A stretch of DNA of 64,000 nt, from NCBI RefSeq assembly GCF_009914755.1, contig NC_060925.1. One strand, written 5' to 3'. This DNA comes from the human T2T-CHM13v2.0 reference genome, Homo sapiens. Below are positions 12,301-26,215 of the stretch, piece by piece; the first letter of the stretch is position 1; the number at the start of each line of letters is the position of its first letter. A model generated the notes under the pieces. That model searched no databases. It had not been told where the DNA came from and saw nothing but the letters and a program-made list of their open reading frames with translations. The position numbers and the translations under genes are program-made.

Positions 12301-13202
12301 AATGGCAGAATAAACCCCCAGGAATTTGTAAACTATTAGAGTTGTCCAATGATCATAAATAGGACTTAGACAACAAGAGAGCCAGATGGTAAATATTTGT
12401 ACCTAGGACTAGATGGAATAAAGCAATTAGGTAGCAAATTTTATCATCAGTACGTAGCCCTATTCCTGACATAATAGACATTCAGTAAATGTTTGCCCAA
12501 CCTTTGGGCTGGGACTTGAAAACCACAGGCTTCATTTTATTACTAATGGGAGATAAGGCTTTAGAGGCATATGGTGGAATGCTTTGAAAATATCCCTTGT
12601 GGGATTTAGGCCATTAAAAATGCAGAATAATAAAATGCTTATCATTGGAGGGAGTCACAGACATAATGAAAACAACTTGTCAATTTATTTAGTCTGGCAG
12701 CCTCGTAACCCCTACATAGACACACAGCTTAATAATTTTATCCATATAGCAGATTTGTTTTAGGAGTATCCTGGGGGAAAATTTAATCTTCATAACAAAA
12801 CACTTAATAATGTATTCCTAGAAATACAGCTCTCTTATGTAGCAAGTAGTACTTTATATGTGCAAAGTTCTATCAAACACATTGTATCAATTACTTATAG
12901 GATTTCTATAATTGTATTCATATTTCATAACTGAGAAAACCAACGAACAGAAAAGCTTAATATATCACATTGTCACAAAAGTAATTTTAGAAATATTCAG
13001 CTGAGCATAGAGACTCAACTGAGATACTACATTTAAGTGCTAGAATTAAGTGATCTGTGGCTCAGGATACACATGTGTGATCTGCTTAAATTACCTGAAG
13101 CTTTAATGTGCAAATGATTCGTTTACTAAAGGGAGGGTCTAAACTGAGGAAATGTGTCTTTGAGATCTGTTACTATGTTGGTTCTGCAGCCATCTTCTGT
13201 GT

Positions 13203-14117
13203 TATTTATTTTATTTTTTTATTTTTCCATAGGTTATCAGGGTACAGGTGGTATTTTGTTACATGAGTAAGTTCTTTACTGGTGGTTTGTGAGCTTTTGG
13301 TGCACACATAACCTGAGCAGTATACACAGCACCCTATTTGTAGTCTTTTGTCTCTCACTCCCCTTCAATCCTTCCCCCCAAGTCCCCAAAGTCCATTGTA
13401 TCATTCTTATGAATTTGGTCCTCATAGCTTAGCTCTCACATATCAGTGAGAACATATGATGTTTGGTTTTCTGTGCCTGAGTTACTTCATTTAGAATAAT
13501 AGTCTCCAATCTCATTCAGGTCACTGCAAATGCTGTTAATTCATTCTTTTTTATGGCTAAGTAGTATTCCATCATCTATATATACTACAGTTTCTTTATG
13601 CACTCGTTGATTGATGGACATTTGGGTTGGTTCCACCATTTTGCAATTGTGAATTGTGCTGCTATAAACATGCGTGTGCAAGTATCCTTTTCGTATAATG
13701 ACTCCTTTTCCTCTGGATAGATACCCAGTAGTGGGATTGCTGGATCAAATGGTAGTTCTACTTTCAGTTCTTTAAGGAATCTCCACACTGTTTTCCATAG
13801 TGGTTATACTAGTTTACATTCCCACCAGCAATGTAGAAGCGTTCCCTGATCACCACATCTATACCAACATCTACAGTTTTTTTGATTTTTTGATTATGGA
13901 CATTCTTGCAGGAATAAGGTGGCATCACATTGTAGTTTTGATTTGCATTTCTTTGATCATGAGTGATGTTGAGCATTTTTTCCTATGTTTGTTGGCCATT
14001 TGTGTATCTTTTTTTGGGAATTGTCTCTTCATGCCTTAGCCAACTTTTTGATGAGACTGTTTGTTTTTTCTTACTGATTTGTTTGAGTTCGTTGTAGATT
14101 CTGAATATTAATCCCTT
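13203..14117 (-). mobile_element. 5'-truncated L1PB (L1PB1-like) 3' end
   Basis: 3'UTR caggtggtattttgttacatgagtaagttcttt...; ORF 13585-13788 encodes the ORF2 C-terminus ([24 protein letters not shown]). Confidence 0.85.
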
Positions 14118-15814
14118 GTGTGTGTGTGTGTTTCTCCAGGCTTTTTGCTTTTCTGTGCTGTTTTCTTTACTTCTCCCCATAGATTGTACCCCCTTAGAAT
14201 CAGGCACCCTGGCAATACCTCATACAAAACAAAACTGTCATGCCTTTTCCTCCCATCCTTAACAAAAATTAAAACTGACCCATTTTATCTCTAATCGTTC
14301 AGTAAACAGATAGATAACTTTTTTTAATCTTTGGTAAACAAACTTCATTTCTTTCTTTCTTATTTTTTACTGGTGCTGGCATAGTATGTCATCTCTCCCA
14401 GGATCACCACCTTAACATATGATGGTAGATTATTAGATACTTTATGTTGAGGGATTTGACAAACTATCTCTCTCCTACCACTGCTAAAATCCAGTATCCC
14501 TCCTTAGCTTCCCTGAAATGCTTTTCCTACCTATCACTGGTATAATTTGCATGTCAGAGAACCTATTTCAAAAACCAGAATTTCCAGTATGCTAGAAGCA
14601 GCAAGCAGCTATTCTTCTGTAGGGAAAGCACTTAATAGTTGACAAAGTGTTGGTACTAACCCTTTGGATTCTAGCAACTCTCATTTTGCATGACATATTT
14701 GCCTGTGGTGCCTGAGGCCAGGCTCAGGGCCAGTCTTTCATGTGGCAGAGGAGTTATGATTCAAGTACGTCATGATGTTCTCCCTGCTATACCCAGAACT
14801 CCCTGATTGCCCTTCCCCCAGAAAGCCTAAATGTTACACCATTAGAAATTCATTCCTTTAGGCTGAAAGACTGTCAGACACACTTAAAAAAATTCTTGAC
14901 ATTCTTGGAGGAGGTAGAACTTTAAGTCATTAAAATAAAAGTACTTCTTATTTGGATTGCTTTCTCACAGGGCAGTAGCCAGGAAGACTCCCAAGGAAAT
15001 ATGTTACAAGTTGACGGAAGTTAACCTGAGTCCAGCCGAGGCTAAGTTTGGATCATGAGGCACTGCCCAAGGAGGCTACTCTAGTAAAAGCATTGGTGAG
15101 GTGGCAGAGGACTCAAGACTAACTGAGGAAGTAGGAGATAGCTGCCATCTTAAAGGCTGCCAAAGGAAAGGAAGTACTATGGAATGGCCTCATGGAATGA
15201 CCCCAATGTCTGATGTCATCTACATCTGTTAGACCCAATGCCTTCCTGTTGACCTGCTCAACATTCCCTAGTCTCTGGGACATACGAAAGTGTCCAGAGA
15301 CTGTCAAGGGGTGTTATACCATAGTCCAAAGAAAGTTAAAAGATAATTTTTTTAAAAAAAGTATAGTGGTGCAAAATCAAGTTTTAATACCAAGAAAAGG
15401 GGATGAAGAATGAGGTATGAAAGGTGACTCTAGTATAGTTCATTTCAGAGTTTTTCATTCTTTCAATTAGCTATTCATTGAGTAAGTGCCTGTACAAATT
15501 ACTGTGCCAGGTAATGAGACAAATCCAAGGAATAGCAAGACACATGGATTTCTAATAAAATCTGAATGTCAAGGAGTGATGAAGGTAGTAGGTAGTATAG
15601 AAATTCTAGGAAAAGAAGTCCCTTTGGGCACTTGTGTTTAGTGAAATAGATAGATGGGTAGAACTTCGAAGTGTTTGAGATTATGTTAAAGAGAAGAGGC
15701 AAGGAGGCAATCTGGAAAAGGGAAGTAGGCAAGCAAAGACAGTGAGGTAGCAAAGCATAAGATGTTTTGGGGGGCCAGAGTAAGCTGATGCAAAGAAGTG
15801 GTGGTAGTTTTTAG

Positions 15815-16740
15815 GAGCCTCTGGGATTAGGGCCCACTGCCTAGGTCAAATTCCACTTCTCCCATTGGTGACCTTAGGCAAGAGACATAGCTTCATTGTG
15901 CCGCAATTTCATCATTTGAAAAGAAATAATAACAGTATCTACCTCATAAGAATGCTCTAAGAAGAGGAGAAATATGTTAACTGCTCAGTAAAGTGATGAA
16001 TACATCTATTTGATAATTTTATGATTATTTAATATTACTTTTGCTAATTCAGTAATTTATATGTTACCAGTAGGAAATGGAAGTATAAAGCCAAGATTGT
16101 TCCTTAAATGTTAGATGACAATATCTGTATTTTATTCTGTGGGAAGTGAGGGAGCTTTTGAAAGCATGTCATAATTGGATAAATTTGCCCTGCAGCAAGG
16201 GATTGGATATGCTCTAAGTGCTGGATGGAATTGGGGCTTGGAGGCTAGAGGAAGAAAGATGGAATGGGAAGCTATGGCTGCAGCTAGCTGATGGATGAGG
16301 TAATATGGTCCTGAAATTCAAAATGACAGCAGAGATAAGAAGGAAGTTATAGACGTGAGAGACATTGTAAAAGAAGGAGGGAGAGTATGTGCTGTCAGTT
16401 TGAATCTAGGAAGGAAAACCAAAGTTGTGACTGATGTTTTGAGCTTTAGTGACTAAGACTAGTATGGTGCTAGAATTAAGAGCAGAAAAGGAAGGGAAAA
16501 ATTGATTTAGGGAAGAAGAGGGGCATAATTAGTTCAAAAGGTAATGTGAAATTTAAGTGAAATGTAGTCTAGGCAGCTGGAGATGCAGAATGAGAATTCA
16601 GGGGAGAGGTTGGCTGGAGATATGTTGTCTTCTGAGTAATGGCAGAGAGCAGGTTGATGGATGACTTCTCTGCAAGCAAAAATGTGAAGGTAAGAGCCTA
16701 ACCTTAAGTCTGAACCTTGGGGATTGTGCAGAGACTTGGT
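15815..16740. mobile_element. MIR (+, about 15815-16000) followed by L2 remnant (-, about 16060-16740)
   Basis: MIR core gtgaccttaggcaag...aataataacagtatctacctcataag; L2-like aggcagctggagatgcag...ggggagaggttggctggagat. Confidence 0.6.
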
Positions 16741-17489
16741 GATTTGGGCTTTAAAAGAATAGCAATATATTATTCTCCTTTGCCATGAGTATGCTGTTAC
16801 AGAACTATTAGCAATGAGGTATACATATATGTTTTTCATTTACTACTTCTTTCTTTCTTTTGTTCATTTATGAACATTCATTACAGCATTTAAACTATCT
16901 AATGCTCAGTAACTACTTAACAAATGAATAAAATCCATGGTACTATCAAACCCTACAGAAGAGCTTACCTGCCTCCTTATCTCCATGCAGACTGTTATCA
17001 CCTTTGGGGTGAGCATTGGCCTACATATGTCTGACATCACTGATCCATAGTACCTTGATTGTGCATATTCATGCTGGAGCTTTGGGGTAATTTGATAGCC
17101 CTTTTGAGTGGCTTCTCTTTTTTTTATTTCACAACTAAACACTTTCATTCAACATTTAAGTATTTTGGCTCCATGCCATGTAATCAAGGAGCAGTTCTGG
17201 AATGTGCAAGGATACAGGCTGCCTGTAAGAACATGCCCCACTACTCTTGCTCTTTACTCACATTGGCAGGAATGGTTTCCTAGTGGGACTGTACTTTGCA
17301 TTTTAACAATATAAATTAGAGGCTGTAATTACAATAGCATAAAATCACCAACAAAATACTGCTAGTTTTCTCAGCTCGTTTTCTCACTTCTTTAACATAA
17401 AACAACTAATTGTTCTTAAGTGCCTAAGCCACACTGAGGCAAAGAGAACCTTGTACCCCCTCTCACTTCCCTGAACCAACCCCCCATCC

Positions 17490-18310
17490 TTCCTCCATCG
17501 TCTCCATGGCGACCTCTAAAACAAGCCGTTACAATCCTGACATGGCACCAGGCTGACACCTTGGGCTGGGATTTAATTTTGAGTTATGACCGTGTTAGGA
17601 AAACATATGATGTGGCTGTTTGCTTATAGAAAGGGGGGGGAAATCATAAAACCCTCTTTTTTTATGAGCTGTCGCTTGATTCGTTCCTGGAGCCCCAAGT
17701 AGCAAGCTTCTAAATCAATGCATGCAGCTGTTTTGGCTTCTTGGAGCCCAGCAGGTGTATTGCTCAGCTCAGCTGCCATCTCCCTGCACTCACATAACAA
17801 ATAACGGCTTACACACCCCAGTCATCCATCAGAGTTACTGCTGGGCCCCAAGAGGCTTCCTTCCCTCTTCCCTACAACTCTTTATCCTCCTCCTTTCTTT
17901 CTTTTCTTTTCTTTTCTTCTTCTTTAGCAGTAGTTGTACTCCATCTATGGATTTTTGTTACACTTTTGGATGCCTTAGTTGAATAACCTTTGGCTTTTTT
18001 GGCAAGAGGAATGAGAGAGAAAGAGGAGAAAACCCACCACAGTGTTTATTTGTGTTTTAAAAAATTAAAACAATAGCAGTATTGTGATTGGTGAAATCAA
18101 TTAGTCTTCCTAAGCAGTAAAGGCCCACATCTGGTGTGACTTAAGTTAATGTAAGAGAAAGGGCTGCAGAGGCCCAGAGACCTTGCGTTCTCATTTCAAC
18201 AAGTGACAGAGAAGGCATAAAAGGCTAGTAATATACTACAGAGATGGCGCGATAAATATTGGGGTGCTTGCCTAGCAGGCAAAATCTTCGTTGGCCCATG
18301 ACAACCAAAT
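17490..18310. promoter_or_regulatory. Candidate enhancer island (non-repetitive)
   Basis: RFX X-box-like GTCTCCATGGCGAC 17500-17513; HOX/PBX-type TCATAAA, TTTATGA and TAAATCAA; six CpGs in 17499-17683. Confidence 0.4.
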
Positions 18311-18604
18311 AAATGTTCCCTCCTAAGGCTGACCATCAACTCCAGGGAACTGAAAGGCTGAGTGCCAAATTGAGACTATTCCAACGGGTTAGCAAGACGA
18401 TTTCCCCAGGGAATTGCAGAGATAAGGGCTTGAACTCCTGAGATTTGGTGGTGGGGCAGGTGAAGACAGATTTGACAACTTGTAGACGCTCTAATCAGAG
18501 TGGGTCAATTGAAAGAAGGCTATGGCAATGCCAAGCATGGTGATTAGTGCATAGTCGAGGCTTCTGGATGATTCAAATGTACGACTCAGACCTTGACCTT
18601 TTAG

Positions 18605-18800
18605 TAGAGTTGCCAGATTTCACAAGTAAAAATTCAGGGCACCCAGTTAAATTTGAATGTCAACTAAAGATTGAGTAATTTTGTACTAGTATAAGTATGT
18701 CCTACCTAACATTTGCACACACTTATACTAAAAATTTGCTGGTTATCTAAAATTCAAATTTTACTAAGTGTCCTGTGCTTCATCTACTTTCTAGGAACTT
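18605..18800. mobile_element. MER53 palindromic hAT MITE
   Basis: gttgccagattt...cccagttaaatttgaat...tagtataagtatgtcc...cacttatactaaaa...aaattcaaatttt; internal inverted symmetry. Confidence 0.8.
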
Positions 18801-21800
18801 GTATTTTTAAAAATGTGATGCCTTCTCCAATGTTTTTCATGTTGTGCTATGGGTCGAAACAAGAAATGGCCATAATGAAAGAATGCCTGCCCTTTTCTGG
18901 GAAGTCACTGCTCATGACTCGTCATAGTATTTAATACCCTTTGAATACAGGATTATTAAGTAAATCACTTGCAAATTTATTTTCAAGAATACGGTTCATT
19001 CTTACCTAAAAGAGACAGAAAATATTCCTTCATCATAAATGTCCTTTTTGGCTGATTCTCAAGGCAAATTACATTTGCTGCTCTGTTTCAGAAATCATTC
19101 TGGCATAGGTCCATTTTTTACAAAGTCTGTTCTACATAACCCTATGAAAAGAGCATGTAGTGGTATCCCTCTCTTGGAAGTTTATAGTACTTTTTAGTAA
19201 ATTAAAGGATCTGGGGAATTTAACAATAAAAAAACCTGTTTAGCTTTTTTCCACCCAGAGTTGCTTAATTTGTTTGATTATAGAACAGCCTTTTCAAGAA
19301 ATACCTATTAAATCCAGCAGAACTAATTGACTGATTAACTGGTTGACAAATGCTGACTTATGGTTTTGATATGTTTATTTTTCCCCTCAGTCTACGTGAT
19401 TTTTATCTTCTATTTAAATGTTAACTGACTTCTTCTTCTCGTATTTCCTTGCTAGCCTTCTTACATCTTTTCTGAAAGTATGCAACAAAAAATTACAAAC
19501 AAATAAGTAAATGAATGCCCTGAGGTGGTTGACATGTATTACATATACAGTACACAAAATGCTTACAAAGGATCTGTGACTCAGGATATTTAGAGAATCA
19601 TGGTCACTGAAGATACTTTTCCTCTTCCCTCTCTACAAAATTGCTCGTGTGTGTGAAGTGCCACTACCCCAAAACAAGCAGTCGTATTTTTTTCTGCCAT
19701 TGGCTTCTGCCCCACCCTAACCCCTCACCTGGGTGCTGAGCTTGTAGGGTTCTGCTGCTCCCTGCAACCAGTCTCTCTCAGATGTAAAATTCCACTCCAG
19801 AGGTGGCTGAATTAGCAGAAGCACAAAACTTGGGAGTATATTGTATATGTGGTACTTAGGGACACTTCAGGAATAAAAGGGGTGAGGATCATGTGAGTTA
19901 TTATTCTAACAATCTCAATTATTAACTAGCTCTCAGGCAAGACCCCTTGGTACTTAGCAATCATTCCAGCACAATATAAATGTATTTGTCATAGATATAT
20001 CTCATTGCAAGGGGGGAAAGTCTCCCCTATTTATTCCAAGGCTGATGGCAGGTACCAGAAACCTGGAATGACGGGATAGTCCATGGGTATTTTTATTTTT
20101 ATTATTTTCTTAAACCAGTTTCCAACAGCTGGCCACCACTTGCCCCTTGACGTGGACACATAAAAGCAAATCCTCCAGCACTGTGCCAGCCAGGATCAGG
20201 GAAAAAACACAGCCCTCATAAATCAAGCCTGCACTGTTGTACAGCTTTAGCTCAATGAAGTTCATGTGTATGGGATAAAGGGTTTGAGCTGTGACTGAGA
20301 AGAAGAGAGTCTTGCCCTGCCACCTTCCTGCAAGCCTCATGGATATAAGCCAGCACCAATCCACACAAAACTTTTGTCATACCCTCAGTCTCCCAGCGCT
20401 GGTCAAATCACTCAGTCAAGATCTCACACTCCTGTGGGCAAAGCTTTGTAGTGCTTCATTTTGCTCTTTGTAAAGAAGAGCCTGGTCCCAGTTTAAGCTT
20501 CAGAAAGAGTGACTCTCAAGGGAGCAGAGCAGAGGATAGCAGGGCATTGTCCATTACTGACCGGCTGAATTACTAGAGAGAGTGAGGCAGATTGGGGACT
20601 TGGTTCTAGGAAGGAGAGGAAAACAGAGGTATTTCCTAAGGAACAGGAAGACAGGAATAACAGGGGAAGGGTAGAAGGAAAAATTGAAATGACATAAGCA
20701 CCCCCCAAAATGACTGAACTTCATTCAGGTCAGGGGAAAAACTTTCCACGGATCAACTCATGTGACATTCACAGGAAGTCATAAGCTAAATACTAATCTC
20801 TAGATAAACTCAGAAACTTCAAGAGGCCACTACAAATGTTAGAAGGACACAGGGGATTTCAGAAATGGAAGTCCCAAAAGGTGGAGTCCCAGAAGGTGAC
20901 ACCACTATATGTAGAGGAAGATTGAATACTGGTTATCCAACCACATTGCTGGAAGAAAATGATCAGGAACATGTCAGTAGAGTAGCATCCACTGACAAAG
21001 CATTCCAAATTCTTCAGGATAAACATCTATCCTCCCAACCCCACCAACCCCCTAAGTTACTATTGTTCAGGAAAATGTGGCCCTGATGCTAAAAGGGCCT
21101 AAATGTTAATGTAAAGGAGGAAATATTAATTAATGAATTCAGTTCAGTCTGTAATTTAGTCATTCATTCATGTGCTAGGGGGTCAATTTTATGCCATACA
21201 TTGTGTCGGGTGGCTGGCTGAATAGGGCGGGAATCCCAGACCTAGCATTCCTGCCACCCCTTAACCCTGTTCTAGCACAGATATGCAAGTGGAGGGTGTC
21301 AGACTGGGTGCCCTCAGAGGGCATCAGATTCTAAATAGAGATTAGAAATTACATAATTAACATTAGTCACATATTTTTAGTGCTCTCATATGGTCATGTT
21401 CCTCTGCAGTAGTCAGGATGAACTTTGTTATCTTCATTCTCCAGCTGAGAAACTGAAGCTCTGAAGAATTAAAATATCAGCCAAAGGCCACCCAATCTCT
21501 TAGTAACAGAGCACAGTCTGACTTCATCACCCAATGCCACCTTACTGAAGGGCTTTTCCTTCCTTAACTGGTTGAGGTCAATCATGGACCTCTTATGCCA
21601 ACTTTTATCTCTCCACTGCCTTTGTTCTTGCCAATATTTCCTTTGTATGGTATTACCAATGGAAAATCAGCAGCTAAAGGAATCAGATGTTTGTGCAAAA
21701 ATATCAAATATCATAACCCTCCCATGGTAAGCACCCAAACTCAGTAGCTTTCTGTGATTTGTGAATGATCCTAAGAGGACCTTGATTTTAAAATGGAGGG

Positions 21801-21824
21801 AAAAAATTAAACCTATAACACATA

Positions 21825-22369
21825 TGTTACAGGAAAGGGGTCCCCATCCAGACCCCAAGAAAGGGTTTTTGGATGTTGCACAAGAAAGAACTCAGGGTGA
21901 GTCCATAAAGTGAAAGCAAGTTTAAGAAAGTAAAGGAATAAAAGAATGGCTACTCCACAGACAGAGCAGCCCTGAGGGCTGCTGATTGCCCATTTTTATG
22001 GTTATTTCTTGATGATATGCTAAACAAGAGGTGGATTATTCATGCCTCCCCTTTTTAGACCATATAGGGTAAATTCCTGGTGTTGCCATGGCATTTGTAA
22101 ACTGTCATGGTGCTGGTGGGAGTGCAGCAGTGAGGATGACCAGAGGTCACTCTCATTGCCATCTTGATTTTGGTGGGTGTTAGCTGGTTTCTTTACTGCA
22201 ACCTGTTTTATCAGCAAGGTCATTACCACCTGTCTCTTGTGTCGACCTCTTGTCTCATCCTGTGACTTAGAATGCCTAACCATCTGTGAATGCAGCCCAG
22301 TAGGTCTCAGCCTCATTTTACCCAGCTCCTACTCAAGATGGAGTTGCTCTGGTTCAAACGCCTCTGACA
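21825..22369 (-). mobile_element. MER41A solo LTR (ERV1)
   Basis: Reverse complement begins TGTCAGAGGCGTTTGAACC; TG...CA ends; 4-bp TSD CATA (21821-21824 / 22370-22373); lacks the MER41B GAS segment. Confidence 0.88.
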
Positions 22370-23252
22370 CATATAACCCTTATTCCTTTGTGCCATTTAA
22401 GAGAAAACTCTACTGCATCAGACATAGGCCAGAACATAAGTGTCAGGGTATGGGAAAAAATTTAATTATAAATAGTGAATTTGATAATAGAGAAAAAGTA
22501 GTATCATAAAACACACTGATGCTAGTTTTTAAAAAACTACTCAGGATTCTAACCTTTTAAAGAAGCAGTGTCAAAACTTAATTATCTTTATACACAATCT
22601 CTAATCTTAAAAAAGAAAATAGTGAAGAACTCTGACAACCTAAGATGTCTCATACTAACTTAAAGTTTGAAACAATATTGAAAAGAAACATCATTCATTT
22701 CTTCTAATTAAAATTGGGGCAATTTATCTATTTTTATAATTAATAAAAATAAACTTACATATTTTCTCATCTGTAAAATGTGAATAATAATGTGTCGCTA
22801 TCCTTGAAGCCCAGATGAGTGTCAGAGGGTCTGGAAAGTATTTTGATACCCTTTGACAGTATAAGAGAGAGCTTTGCTTTCTTTCACAGTACTATTATTG
22901 TTATTGGCTGTGTTTGATTATGGGAGCTGTTAATCTAACATTCTACTCTATTCTCACCTTTTAAAATTCCAGTAAATAAAAATTTCTGTGAATTGGAGAG
23001 GACAATTCAGAGGTCAGTGGGTATTTACAAAAATAATACGAGAAAAGAGAGATTTTCTTAATCATCTTCTGTCATAATTTTTATGACAATGATTCCATAG
23101 TCAATTCTTTCCATTTACTTCCTGCTCAGTTTCTTAAGCTTCTCACTTCCAATGATCTTGTCTCCCACTCTTCTTCAGCCACTGACACACATGCTCACCC
23201 CTACACCCGGTCATTATCAATAACTGAACACCCAGTATACTCTCAATTTTAG

Positions 23253-23580
<328 letters not shown>

Positions 23581-24229
23581 TCCAACCAGTAGCTTCTAAC
23601 TTTCCATCTTATTTACTTTAGTACGCTGACTCTTACCAATTTTTTTAATTTCACTAATACAAAAACAAAACAAAACAAAGAAACAAAAACTTTGGATTTT
23701 CAGCTTTCCTCTATCTTTGTATTTAAAATGTATGTGCCTCCTAACCCAATTAGTTTTTTTTTAGTTTACTAAAGTTTTAGTACCTTATCACCTCAGCTCC
23801 CTCCTAACCCAGTTTAGATACTCTGGGTCATCATTATAATCACAGATTTGTATAACACTGTTAACTCCCTTTGTCAGCTCTACATTTATCACATCCTGCC
23901 AGACAAACTTCAACAATGATTAAATTAGGAACTCTGCCTACTCCACACCTGCCTTTATGCAGCTAAATATATGGAGAAAAGCATATGTCTAAGTTAATAA
24001 TCTCATTCTAATTTTATGACGTGTCATACTAGGAGAACCCTTATGCTACCTTGTAGTCCCTACAGCATTTCCTTCGACTCTTTACATTTCTATTCTTATA
24101 GATGCTGTTGTTAGCCTTTTCTTCTCTCCTTTAAACCTCCATTATCCCCTCCTTTAAGTTTTACTCTCTGTTGATGACCTTACTCCTGTTTCATTGAGAA
24201 AAGAGAAACAATCAAAAGAGATCCTTTAA

Positions 24230-26215
24230 GAAAAAAAGAATGTAGAATTAACAAGTTAATAGTGAGGGGAAACAAAAATTTTTAAGTGCTTACATCAAAA
24301 CATTAACTATATTAAATATAAATGAATTAAATGCCCTAATAAAAAGATAAAGGTGGTCAAAATGAAAAAAATAAACTAAACTACATGCTATTTTCGAGAC
24401 ATACATTTTAAATACAATAATAGAGGAAAGTTTAAAGTAAAAATACCTAAAGAAGAATAGAACTTTGAAACACCAACTAAACAATACCTAGTGTAGATTT
24501 ACTAATATCAGACACAGCAAACTTTAAGGAACAAAGCATTACTAAAGATAGATATGTCATAATAATACAAGTTTAATCCTACGAATATAATACAATTCTA
24601 ACTTGTATGCTCCTAAAATACTCTCAAAGCAAATATTGTCAGAAATGAAGAATAAATATAAGTAAGTCTATAATGACAAATATTTTAGCATACCTCTCTC
24701 ACAGATAGATCTACTATCTAAAATAGTAGGGCATAGAAGATTTTTATAATACAATTAAGAAAATGACTTATTAGATATTTAGAGAACATTATAACCAACA
24801 ATTACAGAATATTTATAAAAATGATATATGCTAGACCTTAAGCAAGGTTCAGCAAATATCAAAGAAGCGAAATCATTTAAAGTCCACATTCCAAACACAG
24901 TAGCATCATGTTAGAAATTTCACAACAAAAATATAACTGGAAAATTGCTATGCTTAGAAATTAAGAAATTAAACTTCAGGACAACAATGAGACTAAAAAA
25001 AAAAAAGAATTACAATAAGAATTTTAAAACAAGTTGACCCAAATGCTACTATCATATAGCAAAGCTTGGATGCAACTAAAACTATGCTCAGAATGAAGTT
25101 TATGCCTGTCACGAGAACTAAAAATCATCTTTTCCCTGCATCCATCCTAAAAATTAGAAGAAAAAGCAAGAAAAAAATCAAATTAAACCTGGAGACAGGA
25201 CACATTAAAGATATAAAATTCATAAAATAGAAATATAAACATACAATAAAGATGATCAATCATCTTTATTTTTTTGAAAATTTTTTTGAAAAGACTAAAA
25301 AATTTGAATTAAATTAAAGCTGTTGTCAAAACTGGTGAAGAAAGTAGAGATAGAAAAGAAAAATGACCAATACCAAGAATTCAAAGTTAGATATTACTGC
25401 AAATCCTATAGACCTTAAAATATAATGAAAGACAATTATGAACAACTTTGTGGCAATACATTTGAAAATGTAAATGCAATAGACATTCCTAGAGAAACAA
25501 ACTTTCTAAAACAGACAGAAGAAAATCTGAGAAGCCTCTTATATTTAAATAATTGAATCTATAATTTCAAATGTATCTGTCTCTAAAGAAAACTTGAGGT
25601 CTAATTGGCTTCAGCAATGAATTTCACTAAACAATTAAGCAAAATATAACCTCTATCTTATATAAGATTTTCCAGAAAGTAGGAAAAACAAGAAAAAATT
25701 GCCAACCAGTTTTATGAAGCCAGAATAATTTTGAAACCAAAGCCTGGCATGGATATTACACAATATTAAAACTACAAGCTCACTTCACTCATAAACATGG
25801 ATACAGAAATATTAAACAAAATGTTCATAATTTAAACACAATTATATGCACCACAGGATACTATAACATAACCAAACTGGGTTTATTCCAGCAATACAAG
25901 GTTGGCTTAACATTTGGAAAACAATCTGTATAACTCATGATATTAATAAAGGAGAAAAACCACGTGATCATAGTATTTGTGGGAAAAATACTTGATGAAT
26001 TTAACATCCAATCTAATCATGACAAAAATATTCAGCTAGGAAAAGAAGTGAACTTCTTTAATAAGGTATATCAACAACAACAGGAAACTATGCTATACAT
26101 TGTTTTATGACAAAATGTTAAAAGATTTTCTTCTGAGAACAAGGATGGGAGAAGAATGTTGACTTATATTATTCCTATTCAACTGTCCTAGCCTATGTTA
26201 TATAGCAAGAAAAAC
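24230..26215 (+). mobile_element. Ancient L1M ORF2 remnant (endonuclease to RT)
   Basis: Degenerate motifs attaaatataaatgaattaaatgccctaataaaaaga, ttttatgaagccagaataattttgaaaccaaagcctggca, gggtttattccagcaatacaaggttgg. Confidence 0.75.

Noticed and set aside
16906-17148. Possible minus-strand exon ending at a CAG|GTAAG donor near 16969
   Set aside because: Good donor but no convincing acceptor or recognisable peptide; cannot be supported without RNA data.
18232-18250. CTCF-like AGATGGCGC
   Set aside because: Only the 3' half of the core motif matches.
20865-21086. 73-aa ATG ORF in unique sequence
   Set aside because: No recognisable homology or splice context; length is within chance expectation.
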